A stretch of DNA of 64,000 nt from Octopus bimaculoides. Taxonomy: Eukaryota. The stretch lies in the NCBI RefSeq assembly GCF_001194135.2, contig NC_068994.1, positions 17,193,085 through 17,257,084 on the forward strand, read 5' to 3'. Of this stretch, positions 49,421-63,834 are shown one piece after another; the first letter of the stretch is position 1; the number at the start of each line of letters is the position of its first letter. Both the position numbers and the translations under genes were made by a program. The notes below the pieces were generated by a model, which searched no databases, was not told the DNA's origin, and saw nothing but the letters and a program-made list of their open reading frames with translations.

Positions 49421-50543
49421 NNNNNNNNNNNNNNNNNNNNNNNNNNNNNNNNNNNNNNNNNNNNNNNNNNNNNNNNNNNNNNNNNNNNNNNNNNNNNNNN
49501 NNNNNNNNNNNNNNNNNNNNNNNNNNNNNNNNNNNNNNNNNNNNNNNNNNNNNNNNNNNNNNNNNNNNNNNNNNNNNNNNNNNNNNNNNNNNNNNNNNNN
49601 NNNNNNNNNNNNNNNNNNNNNNNNNNNNNNNNNNNNNNNNNNNNNNNNNNNNNNNNNNNNNNNNNNNNNNNNNNNNNNNNNNNNNNNNNNNNNNNNNNNN
49701 NNNNNNNNNNNNNNNNNNNNNNNNNNNNNNNNNNNNNNNNNNNNNNNNNNNNNNNNNNNNNNNNNNNNNNNNNNNNNNNNNNNNNNNNNNNNNNNNNNNN
49801 NNNNNNNNNNNNNNNNNNNNNNNNNNNNNNNNNNNNNNNNNNNNNNNNNNNNNNNNNNNNNNNNNNNNNNNNNNNNNNNNNNNNNNNNNNNNNNNNNNNN
49901 NNNNNNNNNNNNNNNNNNNNNNNNNNNNNNNNNNNNNNNNNNNNNNNNNNNNNNNNNNNNNNNNNNNNNNNNNNNNNNNNNNNNNNNNNNNNNNNNNNNN
50001 NNNNNNNNNNNNNNNNNNNNNNNNNNNNNNNNNNNNNNNNNNNNNNNNNNNNNNNNNNNNNNNNNNNNNNNNNNNNNNNNNNNNNNNNNNNNNNNNNNNN
50101 NNNNNNNNNNNNNNNNNNNNNNNNNNNNNNNNNNNNNNNNNNNNNNNNNNNNNNNNNNNNNNNNNNNNNNNNNNNNNNNNNNNNNNNNNNNNNNNNNNNN
50201 NNNNNNNNNNNNNNNNNNNNNNNNNNNNNNNNNNNNNNNNNNNNNNNNNNNNNNNNNNNNNNNNNNNNNNNNNNNNNNNNNNNNNNNNNNNNNNNNNNNN
50301 NNNNNNNNNNNNNNNNNNNNNNNNNNNNNNNNNNNNNNNNNNNNNNNNNNNNNNNGTGAATAAATGCCATTTTTCTCAAATATTCTACAAAAATATCTGG
50401 CCATTAGGAAATATTATCTTGCTTGGGAACAGGTTTTGGTTGGCATCAGGAAATGCATCAAGCTGTAGAAATTCTGCCTTAATAAACTTTTGTCTGATCC
50501 ATGCAAGCATGGAAATGTGTCGGTTGAAAAGATGCTGGCACTG

Positions 50544-50574
<31 letters not shown>

Positions 50575-50578
<4 letters not shown>

Positions 50579-51037
50579 TCATCATCGTTTAACATCTGTT
50601 TTCCATGCTAGCCTGGTTTAACAGGAGCTGTCTGGACTCGTGTTTTGGCATGGTTTCTATAACTGGATGCCCTTCCTAGCACCAACCACTTTACAGAGTG
50701 TGATGGATGCTTTCAATGTACCACCGGCACAGATGTGTCTATGTAACACCAGCACAAGTGCATTGTACATGCACTGGCTTGAGTCCATTTTACGTGGTAC
50801 TGGGACCTGCAAAGGACATGCCTGTATGCATGGATGGCTGCAATTTTACTTAGCTTGATGTGTTTTCTCATGTACAGCAAATCACAACTCCCGGTCCCTT
50901 GTCATTTCTTCATTGAGGCCCAGCATCCAAAGATCCTTACTCCCCACTTCGTCCTACATCTTCTTGGGTCTACCCCTTCCACAGGTTCCCTTCACAATTA
51001 TAGATCCACACTTCTTTAAACAGCTGTCATTATCCAT
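50575..51037 (-). mobile_element. Older RTE 3' fragment
   Basis: (GAT)n tail, 3'UTR and GRGRPKKM-type C-terminus similar to 8190-8632. Confidence 0.8.
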
Positions 51038-51049
51038 ATGCCTTATATA

Positions 51050-51088
<39 letters not shown>

Positions 51089-52176
51089 TTAGGGAAACTC
51101 ATCGATGAAAATCCAGTCACATATAGGAAAATTAATAAAAGTACAATAAATAAGTATAATATAATACAACGTAAATATAAGATAAAGATAATAAAGATAT
51201 CTTATGNNNNNNNNNNNNNNNNNNNNNNNNNNNNNNNNNNNNNNNNNNNNNNNNNNNNNNNNNNNNNNNNNNNNNNNNNNNNNNNNNNNNNNNNNNNNNN
51301 NNNNNNNNNNNNNNNNNNNNNNNNNNNNNNNNNNNNNNNNNNNNNNNNNNNNNNNNNNNNNNNNNNNNNNNNNNNNNNNNNNNNNNNNNNNNNNNNNNNN
51401 NNNNNNNNNNNNNNNNNNNNNNNNNNNNNNNNNNNNNNNNNNNNNNNNNNNNNNNNNNNNNNNNNNNNNNNNNNNNNNNNNNNNNNNNNNNNNNNNNNNN
51501 NNNNNNNNNNNNNNNNNNNNNNNNNNNNNNNNNNNNNNNNNNNNNNNNNNNNNNNNNNNNNNNNNNNNNNNNNNNNNNNNNNNNNNNNNNNNNNNNNNNN
51601 NNNNNNNNNNNNNNNNNNNNNNNNNNNNNNNNNNNNNNNNNNNNNNNNNNNNNNNNNNNNNNNNNNNNNNNNNNNNNNNNNNNNNNNNNNNNNNNNNNNN
51701 NNNNNNNNNNNNNNNNNNNNNNNNNNNNNNNNNNNNNNNNNNNNNNNNNNNNNNNNNNNNNNNNNNNNNNNNNNNNNNNNNNNNNNNNNNNNNNNNNNNN
51801 NNNNNNNNNNNNNNNNNNNNNNNNNNNNNNNNNNNNNNNNNNNNNNNNNNNNNNNNNNNNNNNNNNNNNNNNNNNNNNNNNNNNNNATGATCATTTTGAA
51901 TAATATAGGGTAGAATCTCCTCAGGGTTTTTTTGTTTTTGTTTTAGAGACTATACCCTATATTATTCAGAATGATTTTTTTTTTATTTAGAGATTCTACC
52001 CTATATTATTAATTCTCAACATTGGATTTAATCTAATTCTTGAAGTTATGCATTTATCTATAGGCTTCAGTTGAAATGTATGTAGGTTTTTTTTAATAAT
52101 TTATTTGTATTCAGTTTTTACCTTGGAACTATGTTAATAAATTAATTTACATCTTTACCGACTCTCCATTTTCTCA

Positions 52177-52209
<33 letters not shown>

Positions 52210-52324
52210 TATATATATATATTTATATATATATATCATCATCATCATTTAATGTTAATGTCTGTCTTCCTTTGCTGACATGGGTTGTTAAACAATATAT
52301 TTTTATATATCTATACACACACAC

Positions 52325-52489
52325 ACATGCATGGCTGTATGGTCAAGAAGCTAACTTTGCAACCATGGTTATGGGCTTAGTCCCTCTGTATGGCACCTTG
52401 GCCTAGTGCCTTCTACTATTGCTCCCAAGTTAAACAATACCTTGTGAGTGAATTTAGTAGACAGAATCTGAGTGGAAGACCATCATATA

Positions 52490-52526
<37 letters not shown>

Positions 52527-52725
52527 CTTTGTATTTGTGTCTGCTACCACCACCACTTGACACCCTGTGTTGGCTTATCTAAGTTCCTGTAACATAGCAG
52601 TTCAGCAAAAGGTACTGACAGAAGTGCCACACTTAGAAGAGCATTCATAAGTACTCGGGTTGATTTATTCAACTAAAACTCATCAAGGGAGTGCTCCAAT
52701 GGCTGAAATAAGTAAGAGATAAATG
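52325..52725 (+). mobile_element. SINE family A with internal (TG)n
   Basis: Head, CORE-like segment and tail. Confidence 0.8.
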
Positions 52726-54184
52726 ACCTGGTTATATATCTGTTTCAAATATCGTGTATATATAGGTACAGGCATGTCTGTGTGATTAGAAGTTCATTCA
52801 GCCAGGCAGCTATATACAATATCAGTGACTATTCACTGTTTCCTGTATTGGAGGTGACAAATTCTTATCCAGGTATGTGGCTGAATGTGAGTGCATGTCA
52901 TAGAAAAGGCCCAAAAAGGTTGAAGTGCATCAGGAGGTTTTACTAGTCACTTTTGGAATGATTTCTCAACTCCCTCTTGTCCTTAAGAAATGTTATCTCT
53001 AGATGAGTACTGTGGTAATCAGCCTATCAATTGTGTATACACATTATGATACATCAATGGTTATTTTAATGTAATTCAGCCTCAATTGTGTATACTGGAC
53101 GGACACACGCACAGAGTTTCTGTCATCTTACTGCTGCCATGCTGGGGCACCGCATTGAGTGTTTTAGTCTAAGTTGGCTCTAATCCTTATTTAAGTGTGG
53201 TATTTATATAGATACCCAGATCTTTTTGCCCAACCGTTAAAGTACAGGTGCATAAACAAACCAACACTAGTTTTCTAACACACACGCACATGTAACACAC
53301 ACACACGACTTATTTATGTTTGTGTATATATGGACATGTGTGTATATATTATATATATATACGTACATACATGTCCACACACACACACACACACATGCAT
53401 GCATATATATATATACGGACCTATATATAAACATACGCACATATATATTCAAACATATATAAACATTATAAACGCACCTTATACAGAAGCACAGATTTGC
53501 ATATACGCATAGAGAGAGAGAGAGAGAGAGAGATGCGCACCCACATGCATTTATATTGATCTACATATTTACATGCACATTTATACTTGCACCCTCAGTG
53601 ATACTAATTGTTCATATGTAGACGTTATGCCTGTTCACGTATCTGTCAAAAGCTTCTGAACTAAAAGGTTTGTTTCCGTTTTAGATTTCATTATGAAGAC
53701 GAAAATCTGTTGATAATGAGCTGCCTTGTTATTTATTATATTAACCTGATGTGAATTTTATGTTGTATATTTCTTTCTGCTGTGTCCTCTGCTATTTATG
53801 CAGTACGTATTTTCTCTTATTCCTCGTCTCTCTGTTTAATTCTTATCCATTCAGAAAATGCTTCCTTTCACGCTATAAATAATGCAATTTATGTTGTGCC
53901 AGTTCGTTTAAGGAAACAACTGATATACAGATATTAACATACACGCGCGCACTCACTCATGCACGCATCACTTCAATAATAAACAGGTGGTCGTTTTCAT
54001 AGGTCTGACTCACAGATATTTCTGTAGAACAGGGTGCGTGTGTGCTGGCTGATTATTGTTGCAGTTGTTTTCAGAAATAATCTGTGATAATTGTCTATTA
54101 CAATGCTAAGTTTTACCGTTCAACTATAACCCTATCATTGATAGGATACGTTGATTTACTTTCCTGGTTATTTAATAATGATAA

Positions 54185-54790
54185 TTCTTTCTAATTTTAC
54201 GGAGGGAGGGAGGGTTAGCCGATTACATAGACCCAGTGTTCAACAGGTACTTATTTTTAAAAATTCAAAAAAAAAGATGAAAGACAAAGGCGACCTCGAT
54301 AGAATTTGAACTCAAAACGTAATGAGTTGGAAATAATGTTGCTAAGTATTTTGTCTGGCGTGCTAATGATTCTTTTCTACTATAGGCACAAGGCCTTGAA
54401 TTTTTTGGGAGGGGGCCAGTCGATTAGATCGACTCTGACACGCAACTGCTACTTAATTTATCGGAAAGGTGAAAGGCAAAGTCCGTAGCGACGAGCGAAA
54501 TACCGCAAAGCATTTCGTCCAGCGTGCTAATGATTCTGCCAACGCACTGCCTTCAGTATAATAATAATAATTCTTTCAAAGAGAAAAATTGGTAGTGGTG
54601 GTGGTGGTGGTGGCTAGTCGATTACATCGACTCTAGTATTTGACTGGTACTTATTTTATTGAATTCGAAAGGATGGAAGGCAAAGTCAACCTCATTGGAA
54701 TTTGAACTCGGACCATAAAGACAGACGAAATGTTGCTAAACAGTTTCTCTGGCGTGCTATCGATTCAGCCAAGCTCGCCGGCTTCACTAT
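54185..54790 (-). mobile_element. Three tandem SINE family C copies
   Basis: Three successive tcgatta..atcgac...aatttgaactc...gcgtgcta(a/t) units at about 54190, 54375 and 54600. Confidence 0.8.
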
Positions 54791-54794
54791 AGTA

Positions 54795-55050
54795 ATATAA
54801 TAATGATAATGGTTTATTGGTCACAAGGGGCAAAAGAAAATCCATTTAAGACAATACAAGGGCAAAGGACAGCGAGGATTTACATTTACATGTGTAAACA
54901 ATAAAGCAATAACAAGAAAATTGATGACAAATTTCTCTAGTTTGGCGGGAAGTACCACCCAGGAAAAACCAAGGAACCCTGCCAATTTTGGATTTTCCTG
55001 GTACCTCGGGCAACACAAAGAAGAGCCCCTTTCCTATCCTTAAGCATAAG
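54795..55050 (-). mobile_element. Probable LINE 3' end, followed by a SINE D fragment (55050-55260)
   Basis: Minus strand ends ccccttgtgaccaataaaccattatcatt; body T-rich and UTR-like. Confidence 0.45.
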
Positions 55051-56460
55051 GCTATTCGTGGCACTCTGTCAGTTACGACGACGAGGGTTCCAGTCAGCCT
55101 GCTCGTGAAATTAACGTGCAAGTGGCTGAGCACTCCACAGACACGTAGTTCTCGGAGAGAGATTCAGTGTGACAAGGCTGGCCCTTTGAAATACAGGTAC
55201 AACAGAAACAGGAAGAAAGAGTGAGAGAAAGTTGTGGTCAAAGAGTACAGCAGGGTTCTACGATAATAGATACTAATGAAAATCCAATGGCAGGATGCAG
55301 GAACTCTAAGTTCAGAATTAGTTCTCGATAAACAGTCTTGTTTTTCACCACTTCAGGTGAGACATTCACATCTGCTAGGGAGCTGATTTCTGCAGCAGTG
55401 CATGATCTTTGTTCTCTGTCTCATAGAAAAATATCAAATCTGATGTGTTGTGCATCTGGTTGTTGTTCCTAGAGGAATGTATCACCTGTATTCTTTAATT
55501 TTAACTCTTTGGAGATGGAGCCTCATTTGGAGTTTTAGTGCCAAGAAGACGGAACCCTTTTGACAAGCCCTACAGAAGGCATACACTTATTTTTCAAAAA
55601 AATTATTACAAAATAAAGTAATTGCTTTACATATATAAAACTATATATATTCTTGTGGGAAATTTAATGAACTAATACAGTCTTCTTTGTCATTCAACTT
55701 TTTGACTGATAAATAGACCCTATTGTTTCCCAAGGGTTAAAGGTGTGGATACATTCTGCTTTTATTGTGCCTTTGATATGACTGCCAGGACAATCCTTCC
55801 TATAGATAACATTGTAAATAGTTTCAATAACAATAATGTCATGTCTTATGGGAAAGTAATATCATGTGGACATTTTTGGGGTAGTTGCTGATGATATATG
55901 AATAATAACCTCCACACTATATGATGCCGGCAGCATTTTCTACTCCAATATAATTCACTTGTCCCTTCCTTTCAGCAGATCTACTGTCTCATTCCTAAAA
56001 CACTGGAAGCACCTTCATCCATTTTATTGATAATTTATTTAGTAGCTGTTTCCTGTTTCTGAATAGTGACAGTGTATTTTTGTAGGTGGCATGTGATATA
56101 TTTATCACAGGCCCAGGAGAAGCTAATCTGTCTGTCATTGTTGTTTGTATTCTTTTCTTTGGTGGATATTATCATCATCACCACGTAACATCCATGTTCC
56201 ATGCTGGCATGGGTTGCATGGTTTGACAGGCTCCAATGGGCCCAAGGACTGCATCATGCCCCAGTGTCTGCTTTGGTATGGATGCCCTTTTTTAATGCCA
56301 ACCACTTTACAGCGTATACTAGGTGCTTTTTTTCACCTGTCTATAATCTTAAGTAGGTTAGCTACCCTTGGATCACAAGGAACAGCTTTACCCTCAGAGT
56401 ACCTATTCTAGAGTTGTTCATCTCTTTCTAAGTTATTATGTTCACTGTTCAATAAGTGTG

Positions 56461-56497
<37 letters not shown>

Positions 56498-56682
56498 AAT
56501 GCATGTGCACACTTTTAAGCTTCCCATCTTATGTTCCCCAACAGAAAACTCTGAACACTACATTTAGGTATGGGAGCCTAGACATATACATGTATACATA
56601 CCATGGTGGCAGAAAACTGGCTCTGATGAACTAAAGGTACACCTAGTCTTGGCAATTTTTAATATTTGAATGAAATAAAGCA

Positions 56683-56860
56683 GTGAACCGGCAGAATCAT
56701 TAGCATGCCGGGCAAAATGATTAGCAGCATTTCATCCGTCTTTATTTTCTGAGTTCAAATTTCGCTGAGGTTGACTTTGCCTTTCATCGTTTTAGGGTTG
56801 ATAAAATAAGTGCCAGTTGAACACTCCTCTGGAATTGTGCCAAAATTTGAAATCAATATT
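56683..56860 (+). mobile_element. SINE family C
   Basis: ggcagaatcattagcatgccgggc...gagttcaaatttc. Confidence 0.82.
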
Positions 56861-57704
56861 TGAATGAAATATTTTGTTATTAATCTCAAAGTGTTGCCCC
56901 AGTATGGCTGCAGTCTAATGACTGAAACAAATTAAAGAATAATTAATAAAAATCATTGGCAATGTCAATGTCATTAATGTAAATCACATTTTAATGATCT
57001 TGAAATTTGCAAGCTCTTGACTGAAAAATATGTAAATATAAAGACACATCAATGGGTTAAAAAAGCTGAAATGTAATGCATGCACCCACACGCGCGCGCA
57101 CACACACAGACACACACACACACGTGTTCATGTAGTATATCCTTGGTTACGGCAATAACCAATTAGAAAGTGACTGTTTATTGCCATAACTAAGGATGTA
57201 CTACTCAAATACATAAAGAAAATACGTAACTGCTCAAAAAATTTCATTTCTTTTAGAGTACTCTTTTTTTTTTTGTTCTGATTTATGACTAGCTGACCAA
57301 GAAAAATATATGTAATATGTGTGTGTGTGTACTATTATTTCAAGCTATTTTTCTTTTGATTTCTAATATTAACACACCTCATTTTCATAGATGATTTAGT
57401 GAAAGACATTAACCAACCATAATTTTACTTTTTTTTTTCTAAGATTTTTAACTTTAAGTCATAAATTTTTATGAGCATAAAAATTACCATACATCGTCTG
57501 TGTTCAAAGGGAATTTCATTTTCATAGTTAAGATACAAGTTAATGATACTACTAAGTTGTAGCAAAACAGTTGTTATTCTGAAACTAGGATGAGATTCTG
57601 TCTCTCAAAATGATAATTCAGCAGCTGTGTGCTTCATAAATTTTAATATCTAGGTCATTCTAAGAATCATGGAAATAGTGTCATTGTTTTAAGGTTTGTC
57701 TGTC

Positions 57705-58080
57705 CAGGGGTTCTCAACTATTCTCTCCGCCAGGGATTCTCAACAAGTTTTTTTTATTTAGGGACCCCTTTGATTGCTGTTTTATTCTGGTGAACCCCAT
57801 AGCCATTCTATGTTTAAAAACTAGTTTTATGGAAACTTCTTTCAAAATTCCTATTATGTTTTTCACACATTAACTTGCATAGGTTGAACTATGTAAAATT
57901 AGAGAAAGAAACCCAGCCATCTCTTGCAATAAATTCCAATACATGCATCTAAAGCCAAATGTTTTCAGGGGCCCTTAAAATACTATTGTGAATCCCCAAT
58001 TTACTATTTTGTTGCATGAACCCCCAAAAAATATTATATGGACCTTCAGCCGCCATATGGATCCTGATTGAGATCCACTG
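57705..58080. mobile_element. hAT MITE (same family as 14409-14740)
   Basis: caggggttctcaac start (duplicated) and gattgagatccactg end; internal identity to the 14.4-kb copy. Confidence 0.78.
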
Positions 58081-58234
58081 GTCTAGACTGTTTACTGTAC
58101 AGGTACATCTTGCCAATCTTCCTTATACTTTCTCATCTCATCTGTAGGACCCAATATTCTTTGATCTGATTTCAGTATGTCCCATGTTTTTCTTGATCTG
58201 CTTTTTCCTTTCTCAATCTTTTTGCCAGTGGTGG

Positions 58235-58440
58235 TGCTGCATGATTGGCACCCATGCCAGTGGCACATAAAAAGCACCCACTACACTCTTGGAGTGGTTG
58301 GCATTAGGAAGGGCATCCAGCCATAGAAATCATGCCAAATCAGATTGGAATCTGGTGCAGCTCTCCAGCTTACCAGTTTTCAATCAAACCGTCCAACCCA
58401 TGCCAGCATTGAAAATGGACGTTAAAGGATGATGGTGATG
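58235..58440 (+). mobile_element. RTE tail fragment
   Basis: aaaagcacccactacactc...ggacgttaaaggatgatggtgatg. Confidence 0.85.
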
Positions 58441-61139
58441 ATGGTACTCTTCTTCTTATTCTAATCCTGAGCAAGCAGACCTATCATTAACGGCATTTCA
58501 GCTGTGCCCAGACCAACCCTTCTTTTTTGTCAGACTTCATTATCTTGTTTGTTCCTCCCCCTTTTTTTTTTATTTAGATAGTGGGCTGTGGTGTATGGGA
58601 GATTTGGCTGATACTTATAGCAAGTCTTGCAACAACATAGATGCCACTTCATTGACTGTCATAGTAATTTTTCATGCAACAGGTGTTTTCCATATACAAG
58701 TCCATACGAGAAGAGTTGCTTCCGCATTCACATACACACATGCACATATATACACATGTACATGTGTATGCATATTCATGTAGTTCTATATCCATTTCTT
58801 TGTTTGTATTGTTTTCCTTTTACATCCTGTAACTTTAGCAGTTTGACAAATAGAAATTTGTTAAAATAAGTAACTGACTGAAATAAACTGTGGACTTGAT
58901 ATGATTGACTAAGACCTTTGAAGGCAGCAACTCAGATATCTTAAGTACACTGACTGAAATAAATAAGAGGATCATAGCTCACAGCAGTCTTCGTTGCACT
59001 TTCAATATATCAACCTCATTTCTTGTACAACGTCAAAGTAATAAGTAAACAAATCCTGAAACATGTCTGGTACTTGTCTGAACACAGTGTTATTATTTTA
59101 GTTAGTGTTTATTATCTTTGCTTTGAAGCCCCAACACATACACACTCCAAAGGTGATTAAATACAAATAATTTACTGGAGTTAATCAATCAAATAAACAA
59201 CTTTCACCATTCAAACTGCAGATTTTGTATCTCATCAAAAGGAATCATTATTCTCACTTCTATCTTCATCATCTTGTTTGTTTTTACTGCTCTGGAGTTT
59301 TAGCATATTTATAGTTTCAATTTAAAGTTGGAGTACTCAATGTTTGAACCAGGCACAGGCAGCCTTTATAGGAAGCAGGCCACATGAGACATGGCTCATG
59401 ATCAAGCAGATTGCACAGTTAAAATATCCCAGGTAATTTTTTGTTAGGCATGCCATTCAGGATGTCCTGCAGGTCACAGGTTACCCATGACTTGTTTAAA
59501 ACTATAGTTATTTTTGCTGCTAAAATATTTCTTAATTTTCCTCAGTAATCTTTGTCTTAGTCAAGTTCACCTGTAAGGTATAGATAACTTCTAATACCTG
59601 TCTGACTGTTGGTATTATTGTGTTAGTTTTGTTTGATCTCATGTGACACCATGGCCAGATATCTTCTACTATAGACCCAGGTAGTGAAATTAGGTAGCTC
59701 TTCAGATGGGTTACTTAAATTTATCCCCTAGGATGAAAGCCCATCAGATTACTTATACCTGTCTTGGCTAGAAAACTTAATCCTTTACCTGGTTAAACAC
59801 CACAACTTGATTCTTGGCTGCTTATACTGTGTCTGCTCTGTTACAAGCATTCAGTGAGATCTCTGTGATAAGATATTGAAATATTCCTCCTTTTCCTGGA
59901 TTAGTCTTGAAGGCTCTGTAAAAAGGTAATGAACATTGTCCTTCCTCTTCTGACTAAAGTTCAAGTCTGTCTTGAGCCTACAAGCCCATCAATTTGGAGC
60001 TGATCCTAGTTTATCCTGGAGCTGATCCTGATTTATGAGGTGTTTAAGTGATTAGAAGTACAAAACCTCTCTTGAACAAGATACCACTCCAGTACACCCT
60101 TTCCCTAGCTGAGTGGACTGAAACAATATGAAATGAAATATTGTGCTCAAGAACACAATATACTGCCTGGTCTCAGAATTGAACCCATGTCCTAAATATC
60201 TGACTTGACCCATAAAAAGAAAAAAAGATACACTACATAAAAATAGTCTTCAATTGTACTTCTATAACTCAGTTATAAGATTTTCCATGGTTAACATGTC
60301 TTTGAATGTTACATCAAAAGCCAATTTCTATTAGAAATATTATAGTTTTTGTGTACGTTGAAAGGAGCCATATATGTACTTGTTCATATCTTATGTTTTT
60401 TTTTAATAATTTTAAAATCACAAGCACTCATCTAAAACTGCTCTTAATAAGCTTTGAAATGTAAGTTTGTTATCCAGAAACAAAGCAACACTAATTAGTT
60501 ACTGTGTGGCTTTCATATAAATTATGATTATACATAAATGACATGATCCCACTCTTTCATTTAAAAGAACTTTGTCTATATTTATTTATGTTACTATTGA
60601 TGATTGCAGAAAATTTTCTTTTTAAATATTGCAATGTTGATATTTTTTAGCATAAATCAGCTCTGATCAAAGGCTTTCAAGTAATGACTATCTTGTCTGT
60701 CTCTCAGGGATTCATTATCCAATGTGTCTTTTTTTAAAGATGTATGATTTAAGTAGATTTAGCTGCTATTGCTAGCAAATCAAACTCCTGTGTAGAAGTT
60801 CTTTTGTTTATTCCAAGAAAGGTTTAATGTGCACCTTAGAGATTATGCTTTTGTGACACGAGTTCATAACCCAACTTTGGCTAATTTTCTCACAGATTCA
60901 TGGAGTTTCCTTAGTGATGACAAGGGAGATAACTATTCCTTCATAATATGAGGTGGGATTAGAAATTTGAATTTAAAATTCGGGAATTACAAGGAAAAAG
61001 ATGCATAGAAATTGTTTTACATGAAATATTTTGTCTTGATACACAACTTTCATAGACTGAGGTAATAAAACAACCCTTACTAACTCCTCTTTTCCAACTT
61101 ATCATAATGTTCTTTAGCCCCAGGTCAGGCCTCATTTAA

Positions 61140-61363
61140 CCCCTTAAGTCCCACTGTCCTATAAATAGGACACTAAACGAGAACATTAAATAAGCTATAT
61201 CACATTGTCTCAGTGTCTTGTTTATAGGACACCGAGTATTTCCATTTCTACTTGAAGTAAAGGAGTTTTAATAATTATTTTGTTTCATTTTAACCCATTT
61301 TCAATCATCTGTAAAAATTTAAAAGTAATATTCAGAAATTTAAGTACTCTGGGACTTAATGGG
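61140..61363. mobile_element. piggyBac-like MITE
   Basis: TTAA-ccccttaagtccca ... tgggacttaatggg-TTAA. Confidence 0.82.
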
Positions 61364-61799
61364 TTAACCGTCCTGTATTCAAACATATTCCAGCTGTGAT
61401 TATCTTCTTTTTTTTTCCCCTTCTTACAGTCTTCATGTATCTCACACTACATTATCTATTGTGTTCTGCTTTCTTTTCTTCATTATATATGGGTGTAATT
61501 CAAATGAGATTTTGCTGCTATTCCTAGCGGATCCAGTGAGTGTACCTTGTTGACTCATGGGTCATATTGAAAGGTGTGTTCAGTTATCTGAGAAGGCTTG
61601 TCAAAGTACACTGTTACTAGTTATGACTGAACTAAAGTTTATTATTTACCAGTTTAACAAGTTGTACCAGCAGATTTATTTTTTATTACCAGATTGAGTA
61701 AAGAGGTATTATTTTATTTGTGTAATTAAAGAATAATTAAGAAACTAATATAAAGGTTTATTCTTAATCTATTTCATTTTTAAGGGATAATTAGGAAAT

Positions 61800-62040
61800 T
61801 TTATCTTGTATCTTTTACTTGTTTCAGTCATCTGACTGTGGTCATGCTGGGGCACAACCTTGAAGGGTTTTAGTTGAACAAATCAACCCCAGGACTTATA
61901 TTTTTTAAAGCCTAATACTTATTCTATTGGTCTCTTAGGCTGAACCGCTAAGTTACGGGTATGCAAACAACACACCAACACCAGTTGTCGAGTGGTGGTG
62001 GGGTACAAACACAGACACAAAGACACACACACATAGATAT
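61800..62040 (-). mobile_element. SINE family A, 3' half
   Basis: tcttttacttgtttcagtcat...gaaccgctaagttacgg. Confidence 0.85.
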
Positions 62041-62074
62041 ATACATATGTGTGTGTGTGTATATATATATATAT

Positions 62075-62259
62075 CATCATCATCATCATCATCGTTTAAC
62101 GTCCGCTTTCCATGCTAGCATGGGTTGGACGATTTGACTGAGGACTGGTGAAACCGGATGGCAACACCAGGCTCCAGTCTGATTTGGCAGAGTTTCTACA
62201 GCTGGATGCCCTTCCTAACGCCAACCACTCAGAGAGTGTAGTGGGTGCTTTTACGTGTC
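62075..62259 (-). mobile_element. Young RTE tail (continues into gap)
   Basis: Nearly identical to 22950-23130. Confidence 0.92.
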
Positions 62260-63330
62260 NNNNNNNNNNNNNNNNNNNNNNNNNNNNNNNNNNNNNNNNN
62301 NNNNNNNNNNNNNNNNNNNNNNNNNNNNNNNNNNNNNNNNNNNNNNNNNNNNNNNNNNNNNNNNNNNNNNNNNNNNNNNNNNNNNNNNNNNNNNNNNNNN
62401 NNNNNNNNNNNNNNNNNNNNNNNNNNNNNNNNNNNNNNNNNNNNNNNNNNNNNNNNNNNNNNNNNNNNNNNNNNNNNNNNNNNNNNNNNNNNNNNNNNNN
62501 NNNNNNNNNNNNNNNNNNNNNNNNNNNNNNNNNNNNNNNNNNNNNNNNNNNNNNNNNNNNNNNNNNNNNNNNNNNNNNNNNNNNNNNNNNNNNNNNNNNN
62601 NNNNNNNNNNNNNNNNNNNNNNNNNNNNNNNNNNNNNNNNNNNNNNNNATATATATATACATATATATATATATACATATATATATATACATATATACAC
62701 ATATATATATATACATATATATATATACATATACCTATATACATATATATACATATATACATATATGCTATGGCACCCTCTCCAGACACAGCACAATTGT
62801 CGTGAGCAGCTTTTGCAGCCTTAGAACCTTGATTAAAAAGCAAAAAAAGGAGGTGTCGAAAATGCTCGTTTTTCTTAACTTGACATTCCATTTTAATGAT
62901 CTGAAAATAAACAAAAATTAACTAAAATTAACTAGAAAAAAAAACAAAATAGATTCCAAAATTTTAAAACGCAATAAATTCCAAGATTTAAAAAAACGAC
63001 GGGAACTTAGTTGCCGGCCTAATATATACATATATATATATATAAAGGATGGGCTTCTTACAGTTTCCATCTCCAAATCTATTCACAAGGCTTTGGCTAG
63101 CCTGATGCTATAGTAGAAAATATTTGCTTCAGATTCCATGCAGTGGGACTGAACACAGACCCATGTGGTTGGGGAGCAAGCTTGCATAAAAGTTTATTGG
63201 TATTTTATACATGCTCAAATCTTGTTTTTGTTTTCTACAGAATAAATTCAAACAGAATTGATATTTATTTGTCAGTTGAAATATCTTCTTTGTACTCTGG
63301 TGTAAAAAATATTTGGTTTTAATCTCTAGA

Positions 63331-63700
63331 TCAATGGGTCTCATATGGGGGTCCATATGGCCCCTGAGGGTCCATAAAAGATTTTACAGAGTCCACACAA
63401 CAAAATAGGATCCGCAATAGTATTTTAAGGGCCCCTGAAAAATTTTGCTTTAGGTATATGTATTAGTATGTATTGCAAGAAACAACTAGGCTTATTTCTC
63501 TAATTTTACATAGCTCAGCCTACACAAGTTAATGTGTGAAAAAACAAAATAGAAATTTTGAAAGAAGTTTCTATAAAAGTAGTTTTTAAATATAGAATGG
63601 ATATGGGTCCACCAGAATGAAAGAGTAATCAAAGGTAATCATAGATAGGAAGAGTAATCAAAAGTAATCACAGATAAAAAAAATAGTTGAATTGTTTAAA
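63331..63700. mobile_element. hAT MITE copy in opposite orientation to 57705-58080
   Basis: ctctagat flank; reverse-complement match to the 57.7-kb copy; 29-bp tandem duplication near the end. Confidence 0.7.
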
Positions 63701-63834
63701 TGTAGTTTAAAATAGCGAGTCCCAAGTTCCAGTTTTCAAGTGATGTAAAAATGTTGATTAATAGAAATTTGTTTCTCACATCTTTGTGTGTGTGTGTGTT
63801 TTGCCACTTTAACATGATTTAAAATACTCCTTTC

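Noticed and set aside
59789-59915. Minus-strand exon with strong acceptor and donor
   Set aside because: All three frames contain stops and there is no supporting context; could still be non-coding.
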